64,000 nt of DNA from Candidatus Magasanikbacteria bacterium RIFOXYD1_FULL_40_23. Lineage in GTDB: Bacteria; Patescibacteriota; Patescibacteriia; Magasanikbacterales; GWA2-37-8. Shown here piece after piece: positions 61,400 to 64,000 of this stretch. Position 1 is the first letter of the stretch; every line of letters begins with the position of its first letter. A program made the position numbers and the translations under genes. The notes below the pieces were generated by a model. It worked only from the letters and a program-made list of their open reading frames with translations, made no database searches and had not been told where the DNA came from. The stretch covers positions 254,322 through 318,321 of the forward strand of contig MFRA01000005.1 in NCBI GenBank assembly GCA_001783215.1, written 5' to 3'.

Positions 61400-64000
61400 A
61401 TGACAAAATTTAAAAAATTTGCTCTTAAAGTTCTATTATCTGTATTTACTTTTGTAACTGTGGGTGGTTCTTTGTTTTATGTTCAGCCTGCCAAAGCCTT
61501 CCCGGTAGAAATTACTTGGGACCCTGGCTATGTGTGGAGCGTGTACAAAAGCTTTATAAAAGACGCTGCCGTAAGTATCAGCGTACAAACTTTTTCATAT
61601 TTTTTACGTCGTATCGCCTACGATTCAGCTGTTTGGTTAGCCTCCGGAGGAAAAGGACAGTCGCCATTTGCGCAATACAAAAATTTTGGTGATTACATGA
61701 AAAATGTAGGAGACAACGCTGCCGGTGTAGCAATAGAGGCATTGGGTACAGACGTTGGTTTCAATTTATGTAAAATTCCAGACCCAAAGATAGATTTGGC
61801 AATGCGCATAGGTCTTACTTACAAATTTTTGGATTTGACACCGAATTTAAATACCTTACCTGGCGCAAGAAAACCAACCTGTACTTGGTCTACCTTTCAA
61901 AACGATGTCCTGAGTGCCGATAATTGGCAGAGTCAATTTGGAAGCACAAATGATGTAGCTCGCAAATTTAACGTAGCGTTTTCTGTTGAGCAAACAGATG
62001 TGGGTATACTTATGAGCGCCACAGAAAAGATAGATAAATATGTGGCTCAACAATCAGCTTCGGCTCAATTACAGCGTCAAGAGGGTGATGGATATAACCC
62101 ATTGTCTACCCTTATATCTAACGAAATAATAACGCCCGCTAAGAATGTTGCCGAATATGCTCAGTCACTAAATCCGGATCAGCAATCCAAATCAGCAGAG
62201 GCTGGATTTTTGTCCACTCTTGGTACTGGAGCAGTGGGCAGTATTGCTAGTGCTGCCGGTTTATTTTTAAACACTTTGGCCACACAGATGATGAAAAATT
62301 GGCAAACCAAAGGCATGTTGCCTTTTGGGGTTGGTTGTATTAATGGGGTAGTGGGTTCTGAATGTAAAACTTTACAAGACACGCTAACTAATTTACAAGG
62401 ACAAGTATCAAGAGGTGGTCTTCAAACTGCGCAGGCACTGTTTAGTGATCTGCTTACCCCTCCAAATATTGCTGTAGATCAATACAATGTATTGATTAAT
62501 TTTACCAATTGTCCTACCAGTCCTGCTCCGGATAATTGTGTTATTGACGCTGCTTTGGCTCAGGCAGCTCAAGAAGCCGATGCTGGTAAAACAGTAACTA
62601 TTGCTCAAGCTATAGAAAAAAATTGGCTTCATGGTGAATGGAAACTTATTTCTCCAGATCGTTTTGCAGACAATGTAGACCCTACCTGTTATCAGAGAGC
62701 CTATTGTTTTGCCAATATTGCCAAACTTCGCAAAGCAAGAATTTTTCCTTTAGGTTTTGAAATAGCGGCCTTAAAGAGTAATCCAGATAAACCATGGACA
62801 TTAAAACAAGTCGTAGATGGCTTTAATGATTGTAATTTTATAAGAGATACAAGTGGCAAAGTAGTTGGCGTAGAAAACGACCCAGTCAACAAGCCATTTT
62901 GTCATTTAATTGATCCGGAATGGGTAATCAAAGCGCCGCCATCAAAGTGTAATTTTATGGCTTATGGTTCCAGTCCATATTTTTCTGGTACTGCAAACCG
63001 TGCTCAAGAGTGTGTGGATATGACCACCTGTGTGGCCTATGATAAAGACGGAAATTGCGCCACTCAAGGATACTGCACCAGAGAAAAAAATGTTTGGAAG
63101 ATAGATGCGGGTCAGTGTGATGTGCAGAATCGTACTTGTAGATCTTTCCAAGACAGCACTGGCAAAACAGTAAGCTATCTCTATCGCACCCTTAACACAG
63201 GTTTTTGTACCCAAGAAACTGTAGGTTGTTCGCAGTATAGTCTAAAACAAAACAATACTGGTGCTTGGGTTGGTTATTCCAGTACAGACTTAAATGCTGT
63301 AGGAGAAAATTCTGCTATATATTTTAACGATAAGGTTTCCACAAACTGTTCCCCAAATTCAGAAGGATGTTCTGCTTTCAAAGTGGCAGATGGCGCAGAT
63401 ACACTTTATTTGCGTAAAGCACCATACTATTTGGGTTGTTATGATACAAACAATACAACTTTGGCCACAGATTGGCCTAGAACCGTCAGCGATTTAAACA
63501 GGCTTCCAAACAAACCAGAATGTAGCAAGTTCTCTTCTGCCTGTATTGCCGACGAAGTAAATTGTAATTGGTATGAACCAACTAGTTACTCTGGCGATGC
63601 AATACCGGGTAAATTTACACCTGCCACAGTAGTAGAAGATCAAATAGTTTGGAACGATCAATGTGATCAAAGATGCGTCGGCTACGCTGGTTATAGAGAA
63701 ATGCAGAGTAATTATTCAAATGGTCAATCACTTGCATACATTATTCCGTCTTCCGGTTCATCGTGTAGTGCGGCAGAAGAAGGTTGTGCCAGCTTTACCA
63801 ATTTATCAACCACTACAGGAAATTTAGAAACAGTTGAATATTATTCTTATCTACGCCCTTGTATTTTGCCTGATCCAGCCAGACAGAAAAATTTCTTTAC
63901 ATACGAAGGTTCTACGGTGGGTGGGTTCCAATTAAAATCCTTTATTTTAGAAAGAGACACAGATGGCAGTCCAAAATATTTCTATCGCACACCTCAAGAT
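61400..64000 (+). CDS. Large Cys-rich secreted protein; 5' part only (867 codons open to the window end). Not in the supplied ORF track because it has no in-window stop.
   Basis: ATG at 61400 with signal peptide MTKFKKFALKVLLSVFTFVTVGGSLFYVQPAKA. Uninterrupted reading frame to 64000. Many Cys in CxxC/CxC-like clusters (CNFMAYGSS, CVDMTTCVAYDKDGNCATQGYCTREKN, CDVQNRTC). Confidence 0.6.
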   Translation, partial: MTKFKKFALKVLLSVFTFVTVGGSLFYVQPAKAFPVEITWDPGYVWSVYKSFIKDAAVSISVQTFSYFLRRIAYDSAVWLASGGKGQSPFAQYKNFGDYMKNVGDNAAGVAIEALGTDVGFNLCKIPDPKIDLAMRIGLTYKFLDLTPNLNTLPGARKPTCTWSTFQNDVLSADNWQSQFGSTNDVARKFNVAFSVEQTDVGILMSATEKIDKYVAQQSASAQLQRQEGDGYNPLSTLISNEIITPAKNVAEYAQSLNPDQQSKSAEAGFLSTLGTGAVGSIASAAGLFLNTLATQMMKNWQTKGMLPFGVGCINGVVGSECKTLQDTLTNLQGQVSRGGLQTAQALFSDLLTPPNIAVDQYNVLINFTNCPTSPAPDNCVIDAALAQAAQEADAGKTVTIAQAIEKNWLHGEWKLISPDRFADNVDPTCYQRAYCFANIAKLRKARIFPLGFEIAALKSNPDKPWTLKQVVDGFNDCNFIRDTSGKVVGVENDPVNKPFCHLIDPEWVIKAPPSKCNFMAYGSSPYFSGTANRAQECVDMTTCVAYDKDGNCATQGYCTREKNVWKIDAGQCDVQNRTCRSFQDSTGKTVSYLYRTLNTGFCTQETVGCSQYSLKQNNTGAWVGYSSTDLNAVGENSAIYFNDKVSTNCSPNSEGCSAFKVADGADTLYLRKAPYYLGCYDTNNTTLATDWPRTVSDLNRLPNKPECSKFSSACIADEVNCNWYEPTSYSGDAIPGKFTPATVVEDQIVWNDQCDQRCVGYAGYREMQSNYSNGQSLAYIIPSSGSSCSAAEEGCASFTNLSTTTGNLETVEYYSYLRPCILPDPARQKNFFTYEGSTVGGFQLKSFILERDTDGSPKYFYRTPQD

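Overview
This window is a low-GC (roughly 35-40% by eye) bacterial chromosome segment with compact, mostly plus-strand genes. It uses the standard genetic code: TAA, TAG and TGA all terminate well-supported genes and no long ORF needs UGA recoding. Gene content and architecture suggest a small-genome, Gram-positive-like and possibly Patescibacteria/CPR-type organism; this is inference only. The housekeeping backbone is dnaE (3' part), tsaD, a GIY-YIG protein, tRNA(CAU), tRNA-Glu(UUC), an ECF sigma factor with a MacA/MacB/FtsX-like efflux set, a GT-D plus GT1 glycosyltransferase pair, hup, rny, truB, infB, trxA, leuS, a two-component cluster around a 1672-aa BNR-repeat surface protein, comEC, nusA, yidC, groES/groEL with a CIRCE-like operator, prfB, a TsaC-fusion protein, an MFS transporter and rsmA. 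Several non-routine signals sit on top of this backbone. A 2.6-kb two-gene cassette next to tRNA-Glu is bounded by ~45-bp direct repeats and encodes a protein with clear RelA/SpoT synthetase-fold (RSD) motifs; I call it a candidate toxSAS-like toxin or defence module. A family of ~75-bp palindromic elements (GTCATYCTGA...GGATCC...TCAGAATGAC) has six copies, three of them inserted in frame inside essential genes (tsaD, rsmA, O-antigen-ligase-like) in one coding orientation, resembling Rickettsia palindromic elements. A second hairpin repeat family has one copy in frame inside a methyltransferase. A conserved leader module with a covarying palindrome lies directly upstream of three unrelated start codons. 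LeuS carries a ~400-aa internal insertion with a perfect Nudix box and a HAD-like DxDG motif. A sharply GC-rich (>60%) foreign gene sits between strong bidirectional terminators. A GC-elevated gene encodes a protein with a textbook double-glycine leader (LSxxELxxFxGG). No rRNA genes, CRISPR arrays or obvious transposase or integrase genes are present in the window.
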